From assembly GCA_964460615.1 (NCBI GenBank), contig CAYWPX010000003.1, forward strand, positions 155,028-219,027: a stretch of 64,000 bases of DNA, written 5' to 3'. The first letter of the stretch is position 1. Every line of letters begins with the position of its first letter. Below the pieces are notes generated by a model. That model made no database searches. It worked only from the letters and a program-made list of their open reading frames with translations, and was not told the DNA's origin. A program made the translations under genes and the position numbers. Below, piece after piece: positions 13,001 through 28,000 of this stretch. The DNA comes from an uncultured Planctomycetia bacterium. GTDB lineage: Bacteria > Omnitrophota > Gorgyraeia > CAYWPX01.

Positions 13001-16000
13001 ATACCCTTGCATCATCATGATATCTCTCCAAGAGATTCAACCCGCCATCTTCATATCCAGGCAAAAATTCTATGGCCAGCCTCAGTTCTTTCTTGCGCTG
13101 ATATGGCCCGCCTGTTGCGCTCAGATCTCTCTCATACGGTTTGCCTTTAGCATAGTCTTTAACTTTATAACCGTTCTCATCTACCCTGAAACCTTCTACG
13201 GATATATATGCCCCATCCCTGTCATGTATATAGGCATATACCAGAGATGTCTTTGGTACCGGTAAACCCATTAGCGCAAAGAACCTCTGTGTCATATAAT
13301 CGATCAGTATCGTATATTCATTGCCGCCTTTTACTAAATACAATTGACCTGTGTGTTCATCCTTATAGAGATCAATAGGATTGGTTGTCGGCCTTGTAGG
13401 CACCCCAAAGAACTTCTGATAAGAAAGATTCTCAAAGTCTGCCTGGGAAATCAGGTCCTGACCGTTAGCGGCTTCACTGGCAGTCTTATTGGTAATATCA
13501 GAATAATTAGCCGGATCCTCCCTATTAGATTCTAAGTCAGCGCTGATCAATCTGTATACTATAAAGACATCTATAGGTATGCCGTCAATTTCATAATTAC
13601 CAGTTGTATTAAAATAAGACCTGAGAATATCTCTCGGTCCGTTGGAGCGGATCTCTTCTCTTATTCTGATCACGTCATCGTTAATACTATTATTGATAGC
13701 CTGGAGATACACATCAAAACCCTCAGGCCTCATATTAACAAGTGCTTTTGCCGAAGCATTCCTAAGTTTGTCCCTGTCATCATCTGTACCGCTCAAATAG
13801 TCATCACCGTTCAAGGCCAGGTTTACAAGCTCTTTCCTGATATTCTCGGCAACTTCAGCGTCAATCTTAGAACCTTCGCCATAATTAAGAGATCCGATAA
13901 CATCTATCATCTGTATCTCGTTCTCCGAAGGCGCATGATTCGAGATATTTGCCACTAAAGACTCCAGTCTTTCAATACCATAAGACGACCCTATGCTCTT
14001 AAGAGTCCCGGCGGCAGCCTTAACTAGTTCAATGGTATTATCAGCTTCTGAATTTTCTAAAATATTAAGAAGAAGCGTTATTCCTCTTTCTCTTAATTCC
14101 TTGACAGAAGCATTATAGCTGGGGTTTGAAGGATCTATCAAAGGCGAATTATCCTTGATCCTACCAAGCATATCCTTAAGCACATGTCCTGCAATGGTAG
14201 TTCTGATCTGCATTCTTATATTAATGTAGTAATCGCTGTCGTATGGGAAATAAGCTTTGGCTATGTTACCATCTACATCTTCAATGATATCAAGCAGTCT
14301 CTGCATCATCGTTGGATTATTCTCAACTCTTATCGGATTTATCGCCTCGGTAATAGCCGGCCAACCCCAGAATTCTTTATCATCACCTAAGGATTTAATA
14401 CATCTATTGAACGCCATTTCCCATATACGGATATTTTTGGATTCAAGCATTTCAGTGATAATTTCTTTGGCGTTTTTCCACAGGTCTTCATCAGTGAATT
14501 TATTCTTCAGTACTCCAAATATTAATTCAAGCGCCTGCTGCCTGTAATAATTTGTCCCAAAGGTATCTTCCATCTCAAGGTTAAAATACATCCACCTGAG
14601 GTTCCACAATGTTTCTATTCTCTTGGGAAGCTTGTCGGGTGACAGATCTCTCAGTTCATTTCTGGCGGCAGTGATATATGCGCTAGCATAATTCTGAGTA
14701 GAACTACCTAACCCAACATTTTCTTCCCATTCAGAGGTTCTTAGCCCCGGCGCCATAGCCTGATAAAGTGCAAGTTTTTCATATCTAGTCAAACTCGGAT
14801 GGTTAGCAATAATAGCATCCAGCTTATCAAACCTTCCGGACCCTGAGAAATTGGAACCAGCCAAGTCAAGCCATGATGCTGGATCAGAGCTGATCAATGT
14901 TAGCGCCTCTGACATGGCATTTCTTGCCTCATTGGAGTAGGTCGCGGCGGTAAGAACCGTCAAGCTAAATAGATGCTCCCACCCATATTTCAGCCCGCTA
15001 TTATTGTATATCTCTACGAGGTATTGTTTCCTTGCAAGTTGCGTTGAGCTTGGGTTGTTTGTCACATATGTATTATATGCCTGTACAAGTGGAGTAAGCT
15101 TGTCTAATGAAATCTGATGTTTGGCTTTTACAACTGCTTTTCTTGCAGCGTCTGATACTGGTTTTGTTGCTAATACGGTTTCGATCTTTAGCATCAGTTT
15201 ATTCTGGAGGGCGACGTTGGAGGTAGAAAGAATGCTATAAACTAGATTTGGCAATTCTGAAGCCAATTTAGCAGCTAAAGCCGCGAGATCAGCACCATCA
15301 GTTTTTATTAAAGTAAGCTCTGGATCAAATAAAGAATCAATAGCCAATTCCAACCTTCCTTCATCTGTTTCTGAATGCAGGCTGGCCGCTATTTGACCAA
15401 AAAGTATATGCGATTGTTCATTATCAGCACTCAACGCCTGTTTAATAGCTTCAGGATAATTGCCTATGGCAATATGCCCATAATTAACCTGGGCTTTTAT
15501 TTCATCTATTAGATCCTTGTATTTTTCGCTTTCTGCAAAATCACCTACATTTATCGCCAGCATAATATCCAAAACATCAAATATTGGCGTCAGTATACTA
15601 AGCTTCTGAGTTATATCATTTACAGAGCTAAATGTCAGGAGATCATTGAGATTGGTTATATTAAGCCCTGCTGCTATGCCGGCAACTTCAGGATTAAATG
15701 AGGTTGTCATATTATTTCTGCCAATAAGGAGATTTCTAATAAAGTTTGTGGCAGACTGGAAGTATGTATTAGCATTTGCGCCCAATTCACCGGAAATATA
15801 TTTAGCAACTGCTTCATCAATGCTGAATTCAACTCCATATTCGGTTTCAAAGGCAGCTTTAAATGAATTGAAGTTAGTTAAACCCATAAGCCCGGACAAT
15901 TCTGCTTCAGTAAGCTTATTATTGACTTTGGAGTATAGTAAATGCCCCACAATATCATGCCACTGTCCGACGTACCTGTCAGTTGAAGCGCTGCTCATAT

Positions 16001-19000
16001 TGATCAGTTTCGCAACTTCTGAGAAGAGGTTCAGGAAACCTATATCAGTAGTAACCATTTCTTTGTCTTCTATAACAGGGTTACCATTATCATCAATTCC
16101 AGTCTGTATACTCACTGTTTCGACTTTAAAATCTGACCTATTGGCATTTACTATATCCATAAATGCGGATATAGACTCCTCAGAAACTCCCAAACTTCTC
16201 AATCTGCTTTCTATTGACGTTGTAAGAGTTGTGCTGAAATAATTGTGTACCGGCGGCTTGCCGTATGGAACCCTGGTGGCCGGATCAAGGCCTAAGGTAT
16301 CCATCATAGCATCCCTTAGATCAACAGCAAGGTTGTATTTTTCAAAAGAGTTATTGAGAACTGTATGCTTCTGTATCTCTTTTGTAAATATCTGCCAGAT
16401 ACCCTTATCCTGATACCTCACCATTTCTATAATAGCGCTTCTTATACCGTTTAATTTGGGTAATCCTACTGCATCATAAAGATCAAGGATCTTCTTGGGA
16501 TTATCTCTAAAGTTGCCATTTGCTTCGGCAAGCTCGGTAAGTTTCTTGAATTTCTCCTCAACGCTTGGGGTAGTAGTCTGAGCGCTCCCCCATGTATTAT
16601 ATTGGGCAGCAACATTATTTATATCCTTATTGGTTGAGATATTAGTAATTGCCCCCACTCCTGCTGAAATAAGCGGGCCGACAATATATGCCAGGGCATA
16701 TAACGAACCGACTACCCACGCGCCCCAGACAACTGGGTTAGTAGCATCAGTAGTATACTTGAAGATATTTCCGAACAAACCAGTTAATAGTATTACAAAA
16801 GGAGCATGACCAATAGTGCGAATAAATGTCCCGTATATACCTTTTGAATCAAGGAACTGCGATAATCCCAGGAACGGCTTCAACCAAATACTTGCTTTAT
16901 TGTATTCTTCCTGCTGTTTTGCCGTAAGATCATGAGGTACGTTGTTCCAGAAAGAAATAAGCGGGCTAAGTAAATACGCTCCTGATACTGCTATACTAAA
17001 CGGTGACAAGCTCAAAGCAGCCCAAGTCAATAAAGCACCACCAATTATTGTTGGTATCAACTCAAGATTAGCAAGGTCAGATCTCAACTGAAGCCAAGGA
17101 GTTAAAGTTGTGGTATTTCCCTTTTCATCAGTTCTAGTGTGAGTATAGCCCGGGATCAATAAAGTAATCATATCCCATGGAATTTGTAACAGATATTTAA
17201 TGGGAAGCAACTGGCTAATCTTAGCATCATCTTCTACAGAAGATGTAGATACGAATTTTGCCTTCTCGCCAAGTAATTTAATAAATGTCTCCCACATCGC
17301 CACTATTGCAAGTGCCGGATAGAATAAAGTTGAGTAGGATACAAAATTGAGCATCTTCTTAGGTGTCTTTGCCATATTAACAAAGAAAATAATAAGAGGC
17401 GACATCAACGTCAACACTGTGATAACGAGGAATTGCGGCCCCACAACACGGCCTGCCTCAAGGGGAACATATGAATCATATAATAACGCCTGTATCAGAT
17501 AGAATACGAATACGAAGTTAAGAGGCAAATTGGATACAGGCACAGTAACATCCAGTTTCTCTATGGTAGTCATCTGTGAACTCCAGATCTTACCTCTCAT
17601 GGCGTTCTTAAAGACGCCGAATAAGAACCCTGCTTCACCTGCAAGTATGCCTTTCTGGAGTAACGACATATCTCCCAGTATATTCGATACATAGTTCCAT
17701 ATCTGGCCAAAGTAACCACCTACGCTGGTAACGGTATTATGTTCCACTCCGCCGCCGCCCGTAAACAAACTCAATAAACCGAATGTCGCAGCAAAAGCTC
17801 CCAATGCCCATAAGGCATCGGTGGCTTTCTTTGTTCCGAGGAATATATAATCCCTGAAGAATTCTACTGTACCGCCGGACCATTTTTTGTGCCTTACATA
17901 GAATTGTGTGAAGTTCTCAGGGAAACCTTCCATGGCGGATACACCTCTGGCGAATACACCGTAGTTACCGTGTTTTTTCATAAACCTCGCCTGCAGAGAG
18001 AACGCCAAGTCTTCGGAAACTATTTCTGGCCATCCCTGTCCGGACCTGCCGTCATAGGAACTCCATCTTACATCTCTCCATACGCTTCTTCTGTAGAGAA
18101 CTCCATGGCCGAGAAGCATTACGAATCCGCCTTTATTTCTCGGATGCTGGTACTGGTTCCAGTGGTGGTCAACGCCCGTGCCTACCTCATCGCTGAATTT
18201 TGTCTGGATCGTAGGATCGAATACGTGATTCGACTGTACAAACGCAACCTCATCATCATAGAAGTACGGCAGCATCTCCTCAACGTAATTCTCTGAGAAT
18301 ATTTCATCCTTATCGGTTAGAAGAAGGAAGTCATCAGCATCTGTTGTTTCAGCCTGCAGTGACAGGTTCATTTGCCCTGCTTTTGACCCGCCCTCAACAT
18401 CGGATATTATTATTTCAACATCCGGATATTTTGCTCTTAAATATTCAACCGTATCAAGTAAATATTGATAACGGATCCTCTTCTTTTCATCACTAAGTTT
18501 CTTGTTGGCAAGTATACTGCTGGAAATAATTACTCTATAGTTGCCATGGTGTCTAAACGACTGATTAACAACTGATTCAAGGGCCTTTAAATTGCCTCCA
18601 TCTTTACCGGGTTCACCTATACCGCTTGACGTCGGATACAACGCAGTAACGGTCTTCCCTCTAAAATCGCTATAATTCTTTAGCGGCATATCACCCTTAT
18701 CAAAATATGACATACCTTCCACAACCCAGTTGAAAGCACCATATAACCAGAATATGCCCCAGAACGCGAATATGTTGATCAGATTGAGCTTGATCCAAGG
18801 ATCCTGTTCAGATATAAGTTTTAGTTCAGGTATAATGGTCATCGCCGCAGCGGATAATGATAATCCGATGATAGTGCCCCAGTTCCTCCAGCTCTTACGG
18901 GATTTTTCACTGGAGTTTTTGTTTTCGCCGGCTTTAATGAATTTGGATATAAATGTGAATAAGGCTCCGAGGCCGGGTATTATTTCCATATTTAACTGGC

Positions 19001-22000
19001 TTGAAGATTCCTGGGCTGTTTCAGCCAATGCCTGTTTAAGCCTCGCTATTATGCCCCTTGCTTCTTCTTTTGTAGCCTCATCAGCTGTAGCCAGATTACC
19101 TGAATCGAGCTCTCTCTCAAGATCGTCGATCATTTTCTGTGAGTCTAGCGCACCGGTATTTTCATCCGTCAAGGTTGTACCTTCTTCATTGGCTAGTTTA
19201 TTTAGGAACTTATCAGAAAGCTCTTTATAGACCTGGGCAGCTTTTGTTTTCACATCATCAGTTATACCCAGGTTATGAGCATCAAAAGCCCATCTCTGCA
19301 GAGTCGATAAAGCCGGGACAAGGAATAATTCAGAAGTAAAGTCAAGGTTTCTCAATGCTTCCATTAACGCTATTTCATAAGCAACATTTTCTTCGGTTGC
19401 TATTTCATCATAGCAATATTCGTAAATACCCGACAACTCTACTACAAGAACATCAACAGCTTTCTCTGAACCCATCTCTGCTAGTTTTTCAACATAGTGA
19501 TTTCTCAGTTCAGCCAGCTCAGGCCTTTCAGCGGCCGTTGGGTAATTGGCAATTACTATTCCGATATTTTCTATAAGCTTACCAAGGGCAATAACTGCAT
19601 CTCCCGAATCATTCTGGCCTGCATTGACTAAGAAGGTCAGTATAACTTCCCTCAGTTCTATATCGGACTTCGACCCTTCGATCCTGTTACCCATGTATTC
19701 CAAGGCATCGCTATTGAAGGCTATATTGTCAAGGGCTTCAAGTATATTGCTCTTTTGTATATTAGTGGTAGCGGCTTTGTAATAAGCAAAAGATTTTTCC
19801 AATATCAAGATCATAAGCTGTAAATGCTTCCCGCTATCCTGGGATTCATCATAAGCCTGAGCTCTTAGTACAGCTTCATTTAAAGCGTCTTTTGCCGCCT
19901 CTACTATCAAAGGTGAAGAACTATTCAGTCCATAAATGGACAATAAATCGCTTACGATGTTAGTAGTGTTCATTGTAGCGCCTGTTACGCCCAGTCTAGC
20001 CCTCGAGAGAACTTCTTTGTAAATATTTAGACCGCTCAGAGCCTTATTTGGATCGGTGCTTCTCACTCTTGCAAAGGCCTCTACTGAGATCCATTTGTCA
20101 AATTCGGCTCCAAAATCAACACCACTATTAACTGCAGCAATAATTGTATCGATCTTATTTATCATATCTGATTCGGCTGAACCCAATATTCCTCTTGCGT
20201 ATGCTATAACAAGCTCGTCTTTCTGTTCCTGCGTCAAAACATTCACATTTGGCCTTAAATTAATAATATTTAAGGCTGTTGACACATCAGTTTTAGAGAC
20301 AACCTGTATCAGGATACCGCCAATGGAAGTATTAGAGACCTTCTGTATCGTAACGCCAAGTTTAGCGGCGTTATATTCAAAAGCCTTTATCCAGAAATCT
20401 TCATTTTCGAGTGTTGGGCTGATATCATGACCGGGCCTAAAATGTATGAGCCCGCCGGCTTTTGTGATCCTGAGCGCTTCGCTTATAAAATTATCAATTG
20501 ACATCATATCAGGAGCTTCATCTTCATAATCAACAATAGAGTCTATCAATGCCAATTTATCAACCGTTGAATCACCAATACTAAGCCTGCCTTTGGTAGC
20601 ATCACCCATTGTGAACTGGGCATTCAAAGGAACTCCATTAGAAGGCAAATTCCTACTTGTAAGGCTATTCAGGAAGTCTTTAAGCTTAAGGCCCTTTAAT
20701 GTAAACGCCCTTTCAGTCTGAGGTGAATTGAGATATCTTATTAGCTTTCTCATAAGATTAAGGACTATCGGGGACTTAACAAAACCGATTACCGTGACCC
20801 CGTCCATTCTCCCGGCTGTAAGAACATCATTGCCGTCTTTTGATAATGATACGTAAAGATCTCCGGCAGTTAATGAAAGAGGGTTCAATATATCACCGGC
20901 AGAATATGATGTAGCAGACGGTTCTGACTGATCAACGACGAGCTCTTTAGCCGGTTCTCCTGTTACTATAATACCGACATTATCTATAAGGTCTTTATAT
21001 GAATTATGAGTGGATATATCAAGACCATTATAGGACTTATTCTTAAGGTAAGATTCTGCAGCGATAAACGCAATAGGATTGGTTACTGCAACGGATACAT
21101 TCTTGATCTTACCGTTATATGCTACCTCGCTGATCCACTTCATAACCGCAAGATACACATTGATATCCTCATCGGTTGAAGTGATCGGGGAAGTCGGGCC
21201 GAAGGATGAGATGTTCATATTGGAACCACTCATTGAGTATGATATCTCGCCTTTCACTACTCCATTGACAACTATGTCATAAACATTTATACCTTTTTCA
21301 ACAAGCAGTATCTGGTCAAGATCTGACTCAACAACATTTTCTATTGCAACGACTATATTGGCATCACCCTTAAGTACCACACCTTTGCCGCTTGCTATCT
21401 GAGCGTCGATCTTGGCCTTAACCTGGTTATCAGAGAGATTATAGGATATCCATGCCTGGGTAGCTTCATCAAACATCTGGATATTTTTAAGGAATCTCGA
21501 ATAAATAGCTAAGGTCGCTGAATCCAAAGCTGCAGGAAGATGGAGCTTCTTACCTTCGCTTCTTGCTATAGTAACTATCTTATTTAATTCAGTTACGAGA
21601 TCCCCGCCTATCTTATTAAGTTTGAATACCTGGACTTCATCTACCTTAGAAACATATCTTACATCAGCGTTCACAGCATCAAATGACGCCGAGTTAAGGA
21701 AGTCAGCCATATCGTTATCGCTGGCATCTTCCAAGACCATAGGTGTAGCAGTATTCTTTATAGCGTTAAATTCCGCTAGTGCAACCTGGGTTGAAGGGAA
21801 TCTTTCATTAAATGCGTTGCGCATCAAAGAAATTGCCTGCAGATTACTGAATGACGCCGCAAACTGATCGCCATCAAGACTTGGGTTACCGGCCAGATCC
21901 TTTACGGCTACCAGCGCTTCAACATCTATGATGACTACATTACCATTTTCGTCCACTCCGTAGTTATCCGCGAATCTTGTTATGTCAAGATCTACATAAC

Positions 22001-25000
22001 CGGCTGCCCATAAAGCAGTCATAAGCCTTACGACATTTTCAAGGAGCGCTTTAGCGCCTTCAGGGTCACCGTTATTTAAAAGCTCATTTGTTTTTTCATT
22101 GAGCGTTGTCACTTTATTCTGTACAAGCGCGTGGGTAATCGTTTGGGTGTGCATAACATTGGCTTCGTCTAGATAAGTAATATTCAGGTTTTCCAATGCC
22201 GTATAAGGAGCCGCTATTCCTCCTAAATATGCCTTCAAGGTCTGATATTTCTGCCAAGCGCTTGGGTCTGAAGTCATATCTTTGATTACAAAATTACTGC
22301 CATCCTTGGAATAAACAGGGTTTGTTGCCCCTGAACCCACGAGATGTAAAGGTTCGAACATATCAGTCATAGAATCAAGGAACGCTTTTCTAGCAGTATC
22401 AGTTTCAAACATTTTTACATAGTTGGCTTTGGCTTTGTCAGGATCTTTTTCAAAGTTTGCCTTGAATGACTCTCCATCAATCGCCTCAAGTGAACCTTTA
22501 ATAACCGCCAAGATATCGCCTTTTACCTTTTGGTCTAAAAGGCCGCTATTAACCATAGGAGTAAGGAGTAGTCCATCGATATAAGTTTCGGAATCCTTGT
22601 GGCTGAATCTATCCATTTCAACCGCGTCCATCTCGGTACCTTCTGCATTGAAATCATACATATGATAATCATAGCCTTTGACATCGCCTGATTCAGTCAC
22701 TCCATAATTAAGCATTCTCTTGCCGTCAAGGTCAATAATGCCCCTCTGCCACATCTTGATCTGGACATCACAGTAGCTGTCAAAAATTCTCTTTAATTCA
22801 TCATACTTTTCCTGGATAAGCTTATTCTTCAATTCCTGGTCATAAGATTCATTGTTCTTGATAGCCATAACTGCCTGGGCGATCAACTTGACTTTATCCT
22901 GTATGATCGTAAGGCGTTCCTGTGCCCTTATTTTGGTAAATGTTCTGACAACCTTTGAGCCATTGTCATTTTCAATGACAGGTATACCGGCTTCATCTTC
23001 TATATCAATGGTTCTTGCAAATATATCGCCAAGGGCTTCTTCAGTGTCTCTAAGGTGCTTTGTATCTAATCCCAAAGGATCACTATCTTCACTTACAACT
23101 TTGACTACATACTTTTCGCCTGCGATCTCAAAGACCTCGGCTTCAGCGCCGCTAGCCAGGCTTATGATCTCCCTACCGCTTTCTCTTGTGATAAATTCTT
23201 TATACTTAGCATCCATTGACACCTTTAACGAGTCAGGATCTATACCCATTTCACTAAGCTTATTTCTTAATCCCTGGTCCACGGCGCCAGCTGAAAGCTT
23301 ACCGCTCAGGTAGCCAAGAACTATGGATTTGGATTCACTCTGATATAGATCAAAGAAATTAACAACATACGGCCATGCTTGCTCCCATGCCCCTGATCCG
23401 ATCGGGCCTATAGTAGTAACACATATATCCTGCATCAACTTTAACGCATTTTCATATGACAGGCCGACAAAATCAGCTATCCGATCTTTATAGGCGGCTA
23501 TTGATTTGTTGATTTTATTCATAACGGCCTTATCGGCATTAGTAGGCTCGCCTAACAAATATTCATATGAACTTCTAAAATTGAAATCAGCATCGCCGGT
23601 CGGATAAAGGTTCACCACAAATGCTCCGCCGGTTATGCTTAATGTCCCGTCTTCAAGGACCCTTGTGATTATGTCATCCTTATCTACCTGAATATTTGTC
23701 AATATATATATAACAGACCTGTAGTATCCTCTTGCCATATCCTGATTGCCTTTAAATTCCGCAATCCTTGCAAGTGTCAGAAGTGCCAGAGCTTCGATCC
23801 TATTAAGATGGTTTTTCTGTGCCTGGAATGCCACATTTATTGCCACCATCTTTGACTTCTCGATCTCAGCCGAATCATTCCATCCAAGGTTTAGCAATGC
23901 ATTAGTAATGGCGAGATACCTTTCTATATCTGTGCTGTCAAGGCCGCCTTTCATCCAGGTAATATTATCCGGAGCAAAGAAAAGCCTTGCGCTCTTAAGG
24001 CCTTCTATATCTTTATTTCTGAGTGCTAACTGCGCATCTCTAAGCTTCAGAGAATAATACCCGCCGGCTATCTGGGCTGAAGATATCAGACCTCTTACAG
24101 CATCATTTGTCAGGTCTTTTATACCCGGGTACGCATCCGTAAATCTGACAAATGTGATCAACTGATCTATTATTTCATCATCAACCTGTTTTTTACTAAC
24201 GGCACTAAAGGCAATATTGTAATAAGCAGCTGATGTTGTTTCCTTGATCATATCAAGAAGTATTGATCTTTCATTATCAGATAAACTCACCAAATATTTG
24301 AGATCACTTATCCTGCACATGATCTCGCTCACGGCAGGATTGAATCCGGTTGTATTCAGGTGTTCTGCTTCGTGTACGAGGATCATCTTAAGGAATGCAA
24401 CCTTCTGTTCCTTTGTATAAAGTGTATTTGTAATCAGATTGATATTTATATCAATACTGGCGTCATATCCTATGCTATGGTTTGCAAAACCCAGGAAGTC
24501 AACATTTTCATAGAACCTTATTTCATCAAACATAGAAAGGTTAAATTGGCTCCCGAGCTGGCTTACCGCTTCGCTTAATAACTCACTTATTAAGCTATGA
24601 GTCGGGTCAAATGCCAGTACGCGCTGATTGATATCGTGGGTTGCCACAGCTAAGACTACCTGAGGTTTATCGGTATTTGGCGTATCTATCTCAATGCTGA
24701 AGGCCTCATTGGCAGTCACAAGAGAGAAATCGGGTATAATAGCGCCGGCATTCCTTGCTATAGCATAGTTAACCGCTTCAATAAGATATGTAGTATCAGA
24801 ATTTAGGATCAGGTTTGCATTGCCCAATGCCGCATCATGGCCCGCAAGCGGCATACCTATCGAGGCCAATAATTTAACTCTGTCCCTTACAGAATCTCTT
24901 ACACTGTTTAAGAGAGATTCTGTAATATCCGTAGCGCTCCCTGTCAATTCATCGATCGCCAATGTCAAGATATCCATTGCATCAAGCGCTGTCTGATGAT

Positions 25001-28000
25001 TATCGGGGTCTTTGGCTGCTATGATCTTTGCCACATTAAGAGCCTCATCAGCTAAGATCGTCTTTCCGTCGGCGATAGCTTTTGTCCTTATATAATTTGC
25101 AAAGGCAAGAGAATCGGTATCATTAAACACCAGGTTGGCAAGGCCTGTTTTATCACCCTTTGCTATTATTTGGATATCTGACAGCTTTGTACCTTCCGCT
25201 GCTTCAGTATAGTAGAGGTCGTCGAGATACTGAAGTGATTCGTTTATATTCTTTAAAAGAGGCCAGAAATTAACATGAGCAAAATTACTGTCATAGGCAA
25301 AGAGAACCATTGCCATTCCATAGTCGCTCAGGTTGTATTCGGCCTGTATCTGAACGAGGTCATTTACAGAAGCAAACCTGTTATTCTTTGTTTCTAGGGC
25401 CTTAATAGCGTTATTCACTCTTACTATCATGCCAAGACTTGCAATAGAAACGTTATTAGATATGAACTCGGCATTCATCAGTTCACCGTTTGCGCCATTC
25501 CCGTCCCTTAACTTCTTTATGTCTGCAATTTCTGAAGGCGTGAAAGAAAGATTAAGTATCTGATAAACCATTGTCTCCGGCAATCCTGTATCCTGAGCTA
25601 TCTTGGCTATGTCTAATGGATTAACAAGTTTAAATCCTGTTATAAGTTTTTCAACGGCGTTAGCTGCGGCAACAAGCTGAGTATTACTGGATCCCTTAAA
25701 TATTCCCAAAGATAATTTAGCAGAATCAATTAATTGTTTTCTCTTCGATTCAAGTTCGTTGATCTTGGATTCTATTTCATTGACTACGCTCTCTTCCTGG
25801 TTAGCTTTCCAGTTATTGAGATATAACCTCACCATATCGCTGGATAGCATATCTGCAAATTTGATTTCACCCTGTTTATCAGGATCGCTTATTATGCTGA
25901 GTAAAATCTGCCTTATCTGAGCATCTACGCTTCTTAACTCATTTTCAGATGCCGCAACAGGATTATTTACATTTGCTGCCAGATCAGTAATATCCAGGAC
26001 AATACTATTATCCATAGCGGATAGATTGGCTTCCGCCTGTATAAGCGCGTCATAATTGGCCACAGGGTCCATGAGGAACATTCTGGCAAACGCGGTATTT
26101 ATCTCCGCTTTTCTGGTGATATTAAGCCTTGTAGATATTTCGGTGAGCGAGAATACCTCATTTTCCGGATCACTAATATAATCAACATCGAAAGTAATGG
26201 TGTGGCTCTTTACATATTCGCTCAGATTCGCCTGGGCTTCTTCAAATTCTGCTTTAGCTTCATCCATTCTTACCTTATGGACTTCTTCGGCCTCGCCGTC
26301 TAGTTCTCTAAATGCGGCTACTAAATTTGACTGGGCAACGCTAACTGCGGCCCTAAGCTGGTCTATCTGGTACTGCCTTGTGACAAGCCTCTGCACCATT
26401 GAACTTGCCTGCATATCCTGGGTCTTGCCGGCTATAAGTGCTAAGACCTGGTATTGCGGGTTAGAGGATTTTATTATATTTTTAATATTTGTAATATTTC
26501 TTAGGTTAGCCGCTACATCACCACCGTCCCATGAAAGAACTCCGGCAAACCCTATAGCCGCTTCACCTATCATAAGGATGGCATTAACTTCATTATCTCC
26601 GAAAGTATCAAGCGATATTGCGCTCGCATCGATAAGAGCACCGATAAGATCCACTGCTTTCTTATCATCGTCGCCTGCATTTGGTATAAGGGCATCTATA
26701 ACATTAGGATCTGAGTTTATCTTATTCCTTAAGCTCATAACCGCTTTTATGAACTTCTTTGCTCCGTCAGTAACATTCTTAAGGCCGGTAGCGGGATCAG
26801 TGGTTGTTAATCCTCTTGCGTCAAGCTGTGATCTGATGGCGCTCTTTGCCTCTTCGCTAATGCCTTCCATGCTGTCAATAGCTTCATCAACTGTCTCGGT
26901 GGCAGAAATCTCAACCTTTTTCTCTGTGGACATAGGTGCCACTTTTGGAAGCATGCTTTCTGTAATACTGGCATTTATTGATTCGAGGCATTCTGATAAA
27001 CTACCCGCTAAAGCGATCGGTGTTACAGAGCTATCCGAGGTAAGGGCAAGATTTATATCTGTGGTAGAAACAGCCATGGCTTCTGCTGAAATACTGCTTC
27101 CGACAGCAGTATTGGCAATGGCTTTAAATTCATCCGAATTTGTGATAGCATTCAGGAAGTTATCGGCTTTTTCCTTAGCCGCTTTGAGGCCATCAAGGCC
27201 TGTCTGGGCATTTCCTAAGCCGATATTTGTATCAACACCGGACTGATTCTGGAAGTCACTTATGGCCTTTTCGAGGAATGAATATTCAGCTTCTGTAGAA
27301 GCAGTAGCCCTGAGGCCTTCTAAGAAATGGACTAACGATTCATCTATAGCATCTGTAAGGTGCCTGTATAATAAATTTTGTCTTTCCGTTTGTTCGTTTG
27401 CATCAATAAGAGCCATAAACTCATCTTTTGTCACTTCATTGGCAAACCCTGTCGGCGGCGCCCTTTCAGCGTCAATATGGTCAATAACTAGTGAGTGCAA
27501 AAGCGCGGCATTGGCGGCTCCATTTGAAGTCACATCATATGTAAACCTTAACTGCCCTCCGGCAAGGTCCGCAGCTACATCATCAAGGGAGATCCTGCCT
27601 TCCCTGAATGCCTGGGCATCTTCGGCGGTATAAGCATATACGAACTTTCCGCCAAGCCTTACACCCCTATCTCTATTGAGCAATTGTTCTATATCGGTAG
27701 CCTTTGAGAATTTATCTGTTATTGCATGTACTTCTACATTACCGTTAAATACAACATCTATACCTCTTGTTGCGCCAAGTGTGAACCAGAATCCGACATT
27801 ATCGCCCGGGCGGACATCCATATATTTCTTTACATCCGGGTCCTCGGCTGTTGGATTGGCTTTTTCGAAATCAATCCTGTTATGTTCGCCAAGATTAAGC
27901 CTGCCATCAACAATGTCACTGGCAGTAACCCTGTACCAGTCTTCATGCTGGCCTTTCACTATAAACACATCTCTCTTTGAAGCATCTGTCGCAGTTAACA

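Noticed and set aside
18900-18950. Met (MEIIPGLGALFTF…) at the start of the GT2 membrane module as an independent gene start
   Set aside because: There is no stop upstream in frame, and the nearest AGGAA is about 20 nt away, which is poor spacing. It is more likely a relic of gene fusion. It is mentioned in the GT2 finding.
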